A stretch of DNA of 64,000 nt from a virus: IMG/VR virus record IMGVR_UViG_3300047089_000244, positions 1 through 64,000 of that record. One strand, written 5' to 3'. Positions 1-8,611 of this stretch are shown here, piece after piece (position 1 is the first letter of the stretch; each line of letters begins with the position of its first letter). The notes beneath the pieces were generated by a model. It was given only the letters and a program-made list of their open reading frames with translations. It did no database searches and had not been told where the DNA came from. The position numbers and the translations under genes are program-made.

Positions 1-3000
1 GGACGTGTGACTAATGAGGACATTGTGAAGTACAAGGAGGGGATCAAGTTCACATCTGCTTGTCCACTTGGTCTCGTTCCAATGGGTCTACGTAAAGGCG
101 ACACTACGATGCTCAATTGGTACCTCGACAATCTAGGCGACAACTTTTGCATGGAGATCACGACGTATCCTGGCGACGCTCAATGGAGTGATAAGGATTC
201 TGAGGAGGGCGAATTCTATACCCCTCGATCTGTCAACGAACTGATTGTAGACACTGCCCAGGAGCGAGGCGTAGCGATCACATACGGAGATGATGGTCAC
301 TATGCTCGTCTGGATCAGTATGAGGAACACGACATGTATATTGCGGCGCAGACTCGACAGTCTATGTACACGCCTCTTGAGGATCGTTCGATGTGGCATC
401 CTCGGGGAGCGCTCTGCATTAAGGACGAGGAGACTGTGCGCGAGGCACTGCATTATCTGCCAGAAACAGTGGTAGACGAAGCAATAGCCAACACATATGA
501 GATTGGCGAAGCGGCAGATGCACACCTACCTGTCGTGGATCGTCCACACATGCCTGTGTTTATACCTGCCGATTGTCCGTGGCTTGATGATCCAGAGGAG
601 GATGTCGCTGAGATATTTACACGCCTTGTGATCGAAGGTATCGAACGCATCTACGGTGGAACAGATCGTGAACTCGAAGCAGTGGATAAAGCCATCCATG
701 AGATGAAGACTCTGATGGAGGACAACCTGGAGCATTACTTCTTGCTCGCGTGGGACGTGATCCAATTCTGTAAAATGGAAGAGATCAATGTAGGCCCCGG
801 AAGAGGATCTTCTGCTGGTTCTATCGTGGCATATGCCCTTGGCATCACCGACGCTGACCCGCTGCACTATGACTTGTACTTCGAGCGCTTCTGGAACAAG
901 GGACGCACCGAGGGATTCCCTGATATCGATACAGACTTCGCCAAGTCACGCCGTGGGGAGATCCTCGACTATCTACTCGCTCGTATTGGCGACAAGCAGG
1001 TCTGCTCGATCGGTACGATCACTCGCATGAAGCCTATCTCCGTGATCGAGAAGCTGGCGATGGCATGCGAGATAGATCACGGAGAAGCGGAGCACCTGAA
1101 GAAGATTGTGAAGCAGACCAAGGACATCGAGATTCACGGGCACGAACAGATCGGTTGGAGTCCGGAGTTTGAGCCCGGCAAGGTGATCTACGTTAATAGC
1201 TCCACGGAGATGAATCCCGAGGGTGATAAAGTAGGTGAGGAAATCCAGGATTGGGTTGGCGAAGACAAGAAGCGTGCTAAGTTCATTGAGATGTGCGAAC
1301 ACACATGCTCGCGTAACAGTAATTACGGCATTCATGCTTCAGGTATCGTCGTGGCGGATATAGATCTGTCTGATTATGCCCCCGCCTATCGTCGTGGAGG
1401 CAAGGACGGCTTCCCAGCTACGCAGTTTCCGATGACCGTGATCGATAAGATCAAACTTCTGAAGCTTGATGTGCTGGGGCTCAAGACGCTCGACACATTG
1501 GCTGAGTGGGACAAGCTCATGGCGGAGAAAGGGGTCACCACCAAGTGGTCCGGACTTGACCTTGAGGAGCATCCTGTGGAGATGTGGGATCAGATGACAG
1601 AGGGTTTTGTCTCTGGCGTTTTTCAGTGCGAGACATACGCGGGTAAGGATCTGGCTGAACGACTCAAACCGCACAGCATTGAAGAGCTTGGTGTGCTTGT
1701 GGCGCTGAATCGTCCAGGTCCGCAGCGTGATGGTGTACCGAACCGATATATCGCTCGTATGGAGGGACGCCGCGACGTTACCTATCCGCACCCAATGCTC
1801 GAAGAAATACTGAAACCAACATACGGGCTCTTTGTATACCAGGAGCAGATCATTCGATTCATGGGCGCGCTTGGATATACACTCGGTGACGCAGATGCCG
1901 TGCGCAAGATTCTTGGTAAGAAGCAACCGGAGAAGCTGAGTGAAATCTTTGAGGGTTTTAATGAGTGGGACGAAAATGGCTTTCTTGAAGTTGCAATGGA
2001 AAAAGGATTCACCAAGGCAGTTGCTACTGAAGTATGGAAAAGCATTGAGGGTTTCGCGAGCTATTCTTTCAACAAGAGCCACGCTATTTGTTATGCGATT
2101 ATCGGCTTCCGCTGCCTATACGCTAAGTACTACGGTCCGCAAGAGTTCTACATCGCCTGCATACGCACCGTAGATAAAACAAAGCGCGTTGAGTTAACCC
2201 CACAGTACATCAAGGAGGCCCGTCGGGCGGGGATCAAGGTACTTCCACCTGATATTCGTTACTCTAAGGCTGAAGTGGATGTTCATGATGGCAACATCTA
2301 TTTCGGATTCGGAGACGTGAAGGGCGTCGGTACAGGAGGAGAGTATCTCGTCAAACTACGCGACGAGGAGGGCTTCGACATCTCCACCCCCGAGGCATTT
2401 GAGGAGATGCTGATCTGTCATAACGATATAGCGCTGCAAAGCAAGAAGGTGGCGCTCAAGAATGGCGAACCTCTCCCGGCTGACTTCAAGTCACCAAAAC
2501 AACTGCTCAATGAAAAGAAGCTATCACTTATACATGCCGTGGGCGCATGGGATGATCTCGAAGGCACGGCTGTTGATCTAAAGACCAAGCAGCGCTGCGA
2601 GCTTGAGCTTCTGAACGTGATCCTCACGGACGATACCGAAGAGATCCTGGCGCAGCATGAAGAGGCACTGGATCGATGCGACTCCTGGGAAGTTGCCGTT
2701 ATGTCTTGGGATGAGCGAGAAGAAGATGGGCTTTTGGGTCACCTCGATTGGATCTATGAGGACACTGGAGAGGAAGTTCCTATGTCTAAGCGTTATCAGG
2801 ACTTCCGTCTACCTGGTATCATTACAGGTGTCAAGCCAACAAAGGTTAGAGCCAGTGGAAAGGCAATGGGCATCATCACAATGGAGTATGGTAGGCATGA
2901 GTTGTCCTTCGCCTGCTTCTCCAATAAGTGGCCCTCTAACAAATTTCTCTTCAAGCCACACAACGTCGGCATTTTTACAATCCGACAGTCCGCGCCAACT

Positions 3001-3051
3001 GATAAACGCGGCGAGGGATATCACTTCGAGTCAGGACATTTACTTAAATGA
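1..3051 (+). CDS. dnaE: DNA polymerase III alpha subunit (family C), 5'-truncated by window edge
   Basis: PHP remnant (DDGHY), GPGRGSSAGS, FERF, PDIDTDF, HASG, KLDVLGL, YQEQI, YSFNKSH motifs; frame is open from base 1. Confidence 0.97.
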   Translation, partial: GRVTNEDIVKYKEGIKFTSACPLGLVPMGLRKGDTTMLNWYLDNLGDNFCMEITTYPGDAQWSDKDSEEGEFYTPRSVNELIVDTAQERGVAITYGDDGHYARLDQYEEHDMYIAAQTRQSMYTPLEDRSMWHPRGALCIKDEETVREALHYLPETVVDEAIANTYEIGEAADAHLPVVDRPHMPVFIPADCPWLDDPEEDVAEIFTRLVIEGIERIYGGTDRELEAVDKAIHEMKTLMEDNLEHYFLLAWDVIQFCKMEEINVGPGRGSSAGSIVAYALGITDADPLHYDLYFERFWNKGRTEGFPDIDTDFAKSRRGEILDYLLARIGDKQVCSIGTITRMKPISVIEKLAMACEIDHGEAEHLKKIVKQTKDIEIHGHEQIGWSPEFEPGKVIYVNSSTEMNPEGDKVGEEIQDWVGEDKKRAKFIEMCEHTCSRNSNYGIHASGIVVADIDLSDYAPAYRRGGKDGFPATQFPMTVIDKIKLLKLDVLGLKTLDTLAEWDKLMAEKGVTTKWSGLDLEEHPVEMWDQMTEGFVSGVFQCETYAGKDLAERLKPHSIEELGVLVALNRPGPQRDGVPNRYIARMEGRRDVTYPHPMLEEILKPTYGLFVYQEQIIRFMGALGYTLGDADAVRKILGKKQPEKLSEIFEGFNEWDENGFLEVAMEKGFTKAVATEVWKSIEGFASYSFNKSHAICYAIIGFRCLYAKYYGPQEFYIACIRTVDKTKRVELTPQYIKEARRAGIKVLPPDIRYSKAEVDVHDGNIYFGFGDVKGVGTGGEYLVKLRDEEGFDISTPEAFEEMLICHNDIALQSKKVALKNGEPLPADFKSPKQLLNEKKLSLIHAVGAWDDLEGTAVDLKTKQRCELELLNVILTDDTEEILAQHEEALDRCDSWEVAVMSWDEREEDGLLGHLDWIYEDTGEEVPMSKRYQDFRLPGIITGVKPTKVRASGKAMGIITMEYGRHELSFACFSNKWPSNKFLFKPHNVGIFTIRQSAPTDKRGEGYHFESGHLLK

Positions 3052-3194
3052 CAGAATGTAAACACCGATGGATCAAGAATCCTATCGACTTCGAGGAAGT
3101 CCTCGAAGTTATCGATTGGTCACACGAGAACGATATACCAGTCAGGTTTCTACACATATGCAGTTTTTGCGATAAGGAAGCGCTTCTACGATGA
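3048..3194 (+). CDS. small zinc-ribbon protein (48 aa, MTECKHRW...CSFCDKEALLR)
   Basis: Hand-translated; ATGA overlaps with both dnaE and recA; CxH...CxxC. Confidence 0.7.
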   Translation: MTECKHRWIKNPIDFEEVLEVIDWSHENDIPVRFLHICSFCDKEALLR

Positions 3195-4282
3195 GCAAGC
3201 AAACACAACGCAAAAAGTTGGATATGATGAAGATCAGCGCTAACAAAGCCTATGGACCGCGCGCAGCGGCTTTCGGAAGCGAGCATTATGTTTTCAACGC
3301 TGTGTCCACTGGCTCTCTCATGCTGGATTACAAGCTCGGTACCGGCGGTGTCATCTATGGAGGGCTGGTCGAGGTCTTTGGGGCCAATGGTCTAGGGAAG
3401 AGCAGCGCTCTTCTCTATGGTACGCTCGCCAACGTGCAGAAGGAAGAAAAGCTTGCGGCGCTGATTGCGACGGAGCCTATCTTTGACAAGAAGTGGGCAG
3501 CGAAGCTAGGACTTGATCCTGACTTCCTTCTGCTTCTCCGGCCAGAAAATGCGCAAGAGGCATTCGATATGATGCGCGATCTGACATTCAATACCGATAT
3601 CGATTTCATCGGTATGGATTCCCTTGGCGCGTTGGGTAACGAATCAAGTCAAAAAGAGGGCGGCAGGCCAAAGGCATTCGGTATCTCTGGTGAGGTCACG
3701 TCTGGGCTCAACGACATCATGCCTCGGGTGTACAAGACCAATAAGGGGATCATGGTGATCAACCAACAGCGCCAGGCTGGGTCCGCTAATGGCAATACCT
3801 TCTATGAGTCGCCTGGTGGAGAGGCACTCAAGCACCATGCCTGGGTACGCATCCAAGTCAAGCCTGGGTCGAAGAAATACCAGGTCAAGATTGATGGGGA
3901 GGATGTGCTTGCCGGTCGAGAACTGAAGTGTACCTTCAAGAAGCCAAGCAAGGTATCGCATCTACTCGGCAAGTCCGCAGAGTTTGATTTCTATACCGTG
4001 GAACACGATGATTTCGAAAACCTAGTCGGCATCGATCAAGTGGGTGACTATGTGAAAGTCGCTAAGGTAACGGGCGTCTTCAAATCACAAGGATCATGGC
4101 TCGAACATCCGGTGTTCCCTAAAGGGAAAATACAGGGTATCCCTAAGGCTCGAAAATTCTTCGCTAAAGAGCCTGAGGCGATGGAGACTGTGCGCAATGA
4201 TGTGATGAGCGTTATGATCAAGCAAGAGCTTGAGGCACAAGAGAAGCCTTCAACAGATGAGCCCGAAAAGCAGGACGACTGA
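3191..4282 (+). CDS. recA: RecA/UvsX-like recombinase
   Basis: STGSLMLD..LG.GG, Walker A GANGLGKS, Walker B IGMDS, INQ.R, PGG.ALKH. Confidence 0.93.
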   Translation: MSKQTQRKKLDMMKISANKAYGPRAAAFGSEHYVFNAVSTGSLMLDYKLGTGGVIYGGLVEVFGANGLGKSSALLYGTLANVQKEEKLAALIATEPIFDKKWAAKLGLDPDFLLLLRPENAQEAFDMMRDLTFNTDIDFIGMDSLGALGNESSQKEGGRPKAFGISGEVTSGLNDIMPRVYKTNKGIMVINQQRQAGSANGNTFYESPGGEALKHHAWVRIQVKPGSKKYQVKIDGEDVLAGRELKCTFKKPSKVSHLLGKSAEFDFYTVEHDDFENLVGIDQVGDYVKVAKVTGVFKSQGSWLEHPVFPKGKIQGIPKARKFFAKEPEAMETVRNDVMSVMIKQELEAQEKPSTDEPEKQDD

Positions 4283-4425
4283 TGCTTGGGATCAAGTTTT
4301 GGTACACGCCAGGCCCCAAAGGCTGCATGCGATGTGGTGCTCGCGAACGATTAGCCTCACCAGGATTTTTCACGATGAAATTATGGTGTGAAAAATGCCT
4401 CATTGAAACGGGGCGAGCGCGATAG
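4282..4425 (+). CDS. small CxxC...CxxC zinc-finger protein (47 aa)
   Basis: Hand-translated MLGIKFWYTPGPKGCMRCG...WCEKCLIETGRAR; TGATG overlap with recA. Confidence 0.65.
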   Translation: MLGIKFWYTPGPKGCMRCGARERLASPGFFTMKLWCEKCLIETGRAR

Positions 4426-4802
4426 CCCCTCGTGGTTCAAGTAAGCGCCTCTCGGTAGACCACGAGGAAGCGATTGCCAGGGCCTACGGGGGCATTCGCT
4501 CGCCCTCTTCGGGAGGAGCCGCCCACGACTACGGTGACGTAAGGTGTCCGAAGCTTTTGATAGAGTGTAAGGCTACCATGCAGGAAACCAAGCCTAAAGT
4601 CCTTAAAGAGTTCGAGAAGATCGCCGTGGAGGCATACGCGGAGGGACGTGAACCCGCTTTGGCGCTCCGCTACTTTGCTCCCGACAGCGCGCTAGCGAAT
4701 GTGGACGGCTGGGTGGATCTTATGGTCCGATCGGTGGGCGATGACCGGGCACGCGAGGAGCAGTATGTCTACGCCATGGGGATAGCTGATGCTGAAGCTT
4801 GA
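4422..4802 (+). CDS. Hjc-like PD-(D/E)xK nuclease / putative Holliday junction resolvase (probable ATA start)
   Basis: HEE..A..YGG.R.P.SG...GDV....LLIECK motif starts upstream of the ORF-track start (4557); no ATG/GTG/TTG between in-frame TGA 4404 and 4557. Confidence 0.75.
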   Translation: MAPRGSSKRLSVDHEEAIARAYGGIRSPSSGGAAHDYGDVRCPKLLIECKATMQETKPKVLKEFEKIAVEAYAEGREPALALRYFAPDSALANVDGWVDLMVRSVGDDRAREEQYVYAMGIADAEA

Positions 4803-5571
4803 CAAAAGTCAGATCACCCGCAACCTGGGTAAGAAGTACAAACTCGTTCCTTTCTTGGAGAAATCCCTCAGCGATTTCGATGAGCCGTGGGGATATCAAT
4901 ATGAGGAAAAGGAAAAGGACACCGCATGGCATCCATCGGGTCACTGTACCCCTCTCGCTACCGAGCTATGGGAGATAACCCAAGGGGTTGATACCTTTGG
5001 TCCCATTTCAGGGGCCTTGCGCAAGTCCTTCCAGGTAGGACACTTCTGGCATCAGCTACTCCAGCATATCGTTCTCCACAAGCTTGAGTTCTGTAAGCCC
5101 GAGGCCATCGAGCGCAGAGGTACTCGCATCTGGGGAACCGTAGAGGCCAGCGGCACGAAGACATTCACTAACAAAGACCTTTTCAAACCATTCTGTTGGG
5201 TGACCGGCTCTGGTGATATCGCTCCGGTAGAGGTACCGAAATGGAAAGGCATCGTGGACTTCAAGACCATGAGTTCACACCAGTTCAAACAAGCTGGGAT
5301 ACCAGAATGGGCGGCTGCTAAGTATGAGTGTCAAATCAATCTCTACATGGATTTCTTCGATGAGGGTGAGGCAATCATCGTGCCAATCAACAAGGACACT
5401 CCTCATGATATGAAGGAGTTCCTCTACAAGCGCAACCAACCCCTGATCGACATCATCTATGAGAAGCTTGAATTCGTGAGTGTCTGTCTAGAGGCGGACG
5501 AAGCTCCAACAAAGGCGGACGATGAGATGTTCAAGCTCGATCACCTGCTGACGGGGCCTGTATCAACATGA
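4789..5571 (+). CDS. Cas4/RecB-like PD-(D/E)xK exonuclease
   Basis: HPSGHC, G.F.H, GSGD, IVDFKT, Q...YM motifs. Confidence 0.8.
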   Translation: MLKLDKSQITRNLGKKYKLVPFLEKSLSDFDEPWGYQYEEKEKDTAWHPSGHCTPLATELWEITQGVDTFGPISGALRKSFQVGHFWHQLLQHIVLHKLEFCKPEAIERRGTRIWGTVEASGTKTFTNKDLFKPFCWVTGSGDIAPVEVPKWKGIVDFKTMSSHQFKQAGIPEWAAAKYECQINLYMDFFDEGEAIIVPINKDTPHDMKEFLYKRNQPLIDIIYEKLEFVSVCLEADEAPTKADDEMFKLDHLLTGPVST

Positions 5572-6179
5572 ACGTGCTGGCCATTGACCCCGGCGCGCTG
5601 CGTGCTGGATGGGCTATCCTTGGCAGCCCAGGAGATGATGGAAAGGCCACACATATAGCGTCGGGTGTCGTCCACCATCCGCGTCTACCAAAGCAACCAT
5701 TCCAGGAGTACCGCATGGAACTCACCGGGCACTGGGTCGAGGAGGCATTTGACCTACTCGAAGAGTACAAACCGGATATATTGATCTCCGAGACTGTACC
5801 TTCACGAGGTCCGGAGATCATGGATCAGTTGTACCTAGCCAACGTGCAAATTACCGTGCTGCATGCCATCGCCATGTCATATGGAGTGCCAGTGGTACAG
5901 GTATCGGCTCGATCAGTACAAGCAAAGATTGCATTGCGCAAGAAAGACGTGAAAGTAACAAAACCTCAGGTGCGCAATGGTGTATTGTTACAGTTTCCTG
6001 AATTGGAGACTCGTCTAAAGGGCAAAGGCAAGCAGATATTTGAGGAGAGTGATGCTATCGCTATTGGATTATATTTCTTTGGATGTTACACTCCTGCTAT
6101 AATTACAACAAATGGCCGTAGCAACAAAAAAGATAAACAAACCGACAGCACCAATTCCGCTGCATCGCATTCTTCGTGA
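5568..6179 (+). CDS. RuvC-like resolvase
   Basis: N-terminal LAIDPG...GWA, ISE, DAIAIG catalytic motifs. Confidence 0.85.
   Translation: MNVLAIDPGALRAGWAILGSPGDDGKATHIASGVVHHPRLPKQPFQEYRMELTGHWVEEAFDLLEEYKPDILISETVPSRGPEIMDQLYLANVQITVLHAIAMSYGVPVVQVSARSVQAKIALRKKDVKVTKPQVRNGVLLQFPELETRLKGKGKQIFEESDAIAIGLYFFGCYTPAIITTNGRSNKKDKQTDSTNSAASHSS
6095..6103 (+). promoter_or_regulatory. extended -10 (TGcTATAAT), leaderless start at 6112
   Basis: 8 nt upstream of ATG, no SD. Confidence 0.6.
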
Positions 6180-6513
6180 GGTCCTAAGACATTACACGGA
6201 GTACCGAGAACTTGTAAACCAGGATGGGCGTTCGCACGTTCTCGATTACGGTTACTGGGTTTATAACGAGGATGGAACTAGGAAACAAAAAGAGCAGGTG
6301 TCTATCTCTTTCTGGGATTTACATCAGGGCCTTAAAGAGTTAGCCCCACGCAAGCGAGAGGCCATCTTCTACAACGTCATTCTTGACATGAAGCAGAAGG
6401 ATGTTGCGAAGATCATGGGTATAACTACTGTGAGTGTTGGTCAATATGTCGAGGCTGGTACGATCCAACTCGCCAAGCGTTACTTTTCAGAGATGGATGA
6501 TGGGGTATCTTAG
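6112..6513 (+). CDS. sigma-70 region 4-like HTH protein
   Basis: L..LAPRKREAI......MKQKDVAKIMGITTVSV; no recognisable region 2. Confidence 0.8.
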   Translation: MAVATKKINKPTAPIPLHRILREVLRHYTEYRELVNQDGRSHVLDYGYWVYNEDGTRKQKEQVSISFWDLHQGLKELAPRKREAIFYNVILDMKQKDVAKIMGITTVSVGQYVEAGTIQLAKRYFSEMDDGVS

Positions 6514-7150
6514 GTCCCCAAAATTCAACAAGGGCGCTACGTATTATCCACCCCAAGAACTAGTTGAACTGGAACACAAGAAAATGATTGAAGCAGAAGA
6601 GATGGAGGAGGACGAGGATCTCCTAGAAGATGAGGATGTTGAGCAGGTATTCAGCCCCGATGGAAAGTACTCGTCGGAAGAGCTAATAGCCTTTGCCGAC
6701 AAGCTGTTGCGCGAGGACTCAAACCGCGAGCTATGCCGCAAATGCAAGGATAAGGACGATAGCGGAGACTATCTTCCCTATGGTGAAGAGACGGGGATGA
6801 TCGAGTCCGTTCCCCAATACACATCAGACGGAGAGCCGCTGCTCGATGACGAGGAAAATCAATTGTATCTGGATTTCCCTGAATTGAAGTGCAAGAAGGG
6901 TCATCGTTGGTTCCAAGGGGAGGGACAACGCCGAGACATTCGAGGGCCTAATCCAATCCTCTTCGAGAGTCATTTGTATAACCGTAAACGACGCGAGATT
7001 TATGTTGAGGTTGGAACCCCCGATCCAGCCTTTACAATGGATCGAAAGGGACGCCCCACGCAAGGTATGTATAATCGTAGTCATCCTGAGGGACGCAAGA
7101 TCAACACTAAGTCACAGAGAGCTAAGAATGGCGCAAGCTACTACCGATAA
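6434..7150 (+). CDS. hypothetical protein with zinc ribbon; paralogue of 42231..42908 (start uncertain, probably later)
   Basis: Acidic N-terminus, CRKC...CKKGH, REIY...GTPDP...GMYNRSHPEGR...GASYY. Confidence 0.8.
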   Translation: MLVNMSRLVRSNSPSVTFQRWMMGYLRSPKFNKGATYYPPQELVELEHKKMIEAEEMEEDEDLLEDEDVEQVFSPDGKYSSEELIAFADKLLREDSNRELCRKCKDKDDSGDYLPYGEETGMIESVPQYTSDGEPLLDDEENQLYLDFPELKCKKGHRWFQGEGQRRDIRGPNPILFESHLYNRKRREIYVEVGTPDPAFTMDRKGRPTQGMYNRSHPEGRKINTKSQRAKNGASYYR

Positions 7151-7415
7151 CACCATCACTATGACGCCGCAAAAATGGTACAACCTGATGATTCAGGCCG
7201 GTATCACTCGTGAGGACATGGAGCCTACGTGGGAAAACCACACGGAGAAGATCGTTGTTGCGCACTTGGTTGGTCCAACGATCATACCTCCACAAAAGAG
7301 AGACGATTTCTTGATTATCTTACCTCCGGGATTTGATCTACCTATGGATGAATGGTTAGAGGTCGAGAAGCTTTTTGGAATTGAACGTAAGGAGAAAGAT
7401 AATGGCGACGTATAA
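7128..7415 (+). CDS. hypothetical protein
   Basis: ORF fills gap in operon; ATG at 7128. Confidence 0.6.
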   Translation: MAQATTDNTITMTPQKWYNLMIQAGITREDMEPTWENHTEKIVVAHLVGPTIIPPQKRDDFLIILPPGFDLPMDEWLEVEKLFGIERKEKDNGDV

Positions 7416-7638
7416 TATTTTGAAGGGATTGACGGTCGTTGGAAAGGTTGATCTGATTAAGAATTCAGGCAACGAGCACAAGAGCACATTGCGCATTGGC
7501 CAACTGGTAGGTAATCGAGCTTGCCGACGGGCTAATATTAACTATAACATCATCGTGGATCAGTGCTACGTCGATTGGGACCGCTTGGACAATGATCATG
7601 TGCTGGACCAACAGCCCTGGGGGCTGGAGCCACAGTAG
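7402..7638 (+). CDS. hypothetical protein
   Basis: AAGGAG SD before ATG 7402. Confidence 0.6.
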   Translation: MATYNILKGLTVVGKVDLIKNSGNEHKSTLRIGQLVGNRACRRANINYNIIVDQCYVDWDRLDNDHVLDQQPWGLEPQ

Positions 7639-7644
7639 ATCATT

Positions 7645-8433
7645 ATGGACGACGTAGAGGCACAAGAACTAGGGATATCCGACGACGAGCGCAAGAAGCG
7701 TAAACGTATCCTCGACCGTCGCTCTGGCGCTGATCTGAAAAAGCGTTGGGAGCAAGGTGATCGCGCTGAACTAGAGGATAAAGAACGTGATATAGCTCCA
7801 CCAATTGTCATTGAGCCTCGATGCCATGTATGCCAAAGTTCTTACCGTGAATTTATTGAGGAATCCTTAGTTAAAGGTCATTCTTATGAACGTATTGCAA
7901 AGCGCATCCCGCCTGATGAGAGCGGAAAGAAAATTGACAGGCGTTCGATTTCTCATCACTTCAAGGAGCACATGGATCTTCAACGTACGGCGATCCGCGA
8001 AGAACTTGAGGAGGAGGCCAAAGCTCTCCAGCAGAATGTAGAGCAAGGTGCGCTCGGAGCAAAAACTGATCGCGGGATCTTAAAGGTGCTGGTGGCCAAA
8101 GGGTTCGATGATGTTATTAGGGGTGTCTCGACTGTTGAACCCAAGGACCTCATCCAGATCATCAAGCTCTTAAACGAACTCAACAACAACGCATCGACAA
8201 CACGCGCAGAGGAGAACGAGATAGCTCTGCGTACCTTCGTCCGCGCTATTGAAAACGTATGCTCACCTGAGACGATCAAGATGATTGTAACCGAGGCAGA
8301 ACGCATCCGCAATATAGACGACGTAGAGTTTGCTATGGAAGGGGTTATCATACGCGATGATCGCCAGGCAACCCAGACAGCGCCGTTAGAGCTAGAGGCT
8401 AGTGCTATAGTAGAGATTACTGATGGCGTTTGA
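7645..8433 (+). CDS. HTH/zinc-binding protein, possible terminase small subunit
   Basis: CHVC..(HTH: SYERIAKR...RRSISHH)..H followed by coiled helices. Confidence 0.5.
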   Translation: MDDVEAQELGISDDERKKRKRILDRRSGADLKKRWEQGDRAELEDKERDIAPPIVIEPRCHVCQSSYREFIEESLVKGHSYERIAKRIPPDESGKKIDRRSISHHFKEHMDLQRTAIREELEEEAKALQQNVEQGALGAKTDRGILKVLVAKGFDDVIRGVSTVEPKDLIQIIKLLNELNNNASTTRAEENEIALRTFVRAIENVCSPETIKMIVTEAERIRNIDDVEFAMEGVIIRDDRQATQTAPLELEASAIVEITDGV

Positions 8434-8611
8434 TAAGTGCGACTGGTGCGGCACAAGGCACCAAATCAAGACGGGCAAATTCGGAGAGATCGAGTACAAG
8501 ACGTGTCCATGGGTTCCGAGCGATGCGACCTTCTTCTATACTGGGATCAAGGACCCTGATGAAGAGAGCGCGATACGAGCTTCTTACCGAGGACCTTCTC
8601 GACAAGATTGA
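8423..8611 (+). CDS. small cysteine-containing hypothetical protein
   Basis: CDWCG..H...CP; overlaps neighbours. Confidence 0.5.
   Translation: MAFDKCDWCGTRHQIKTGKFGEIEYKTCPWVPSDATFFYTGIKDPDEESAIRASYRGPSRQD

Noticed and set aside
133-3024. Antisense ORFs within dnaE (e.g. 1339..2082) and similar ORFs in other large genes
   Set aside because: No motifs, promoters or SDs; expected shadows of coding DNA.
4789-5571. Cas4-like gene as sign of a CRISPR system
   Set aside because: No array or other cas genes seen; such nucleases are common in phage recombination modules.
8430-8558. N-terminal extension of the SNF2 ORF in the ORF track
   Set aside because: Overlaps the 8423..8611 gene and looks non-coding; an SD precedes ATG 8559.
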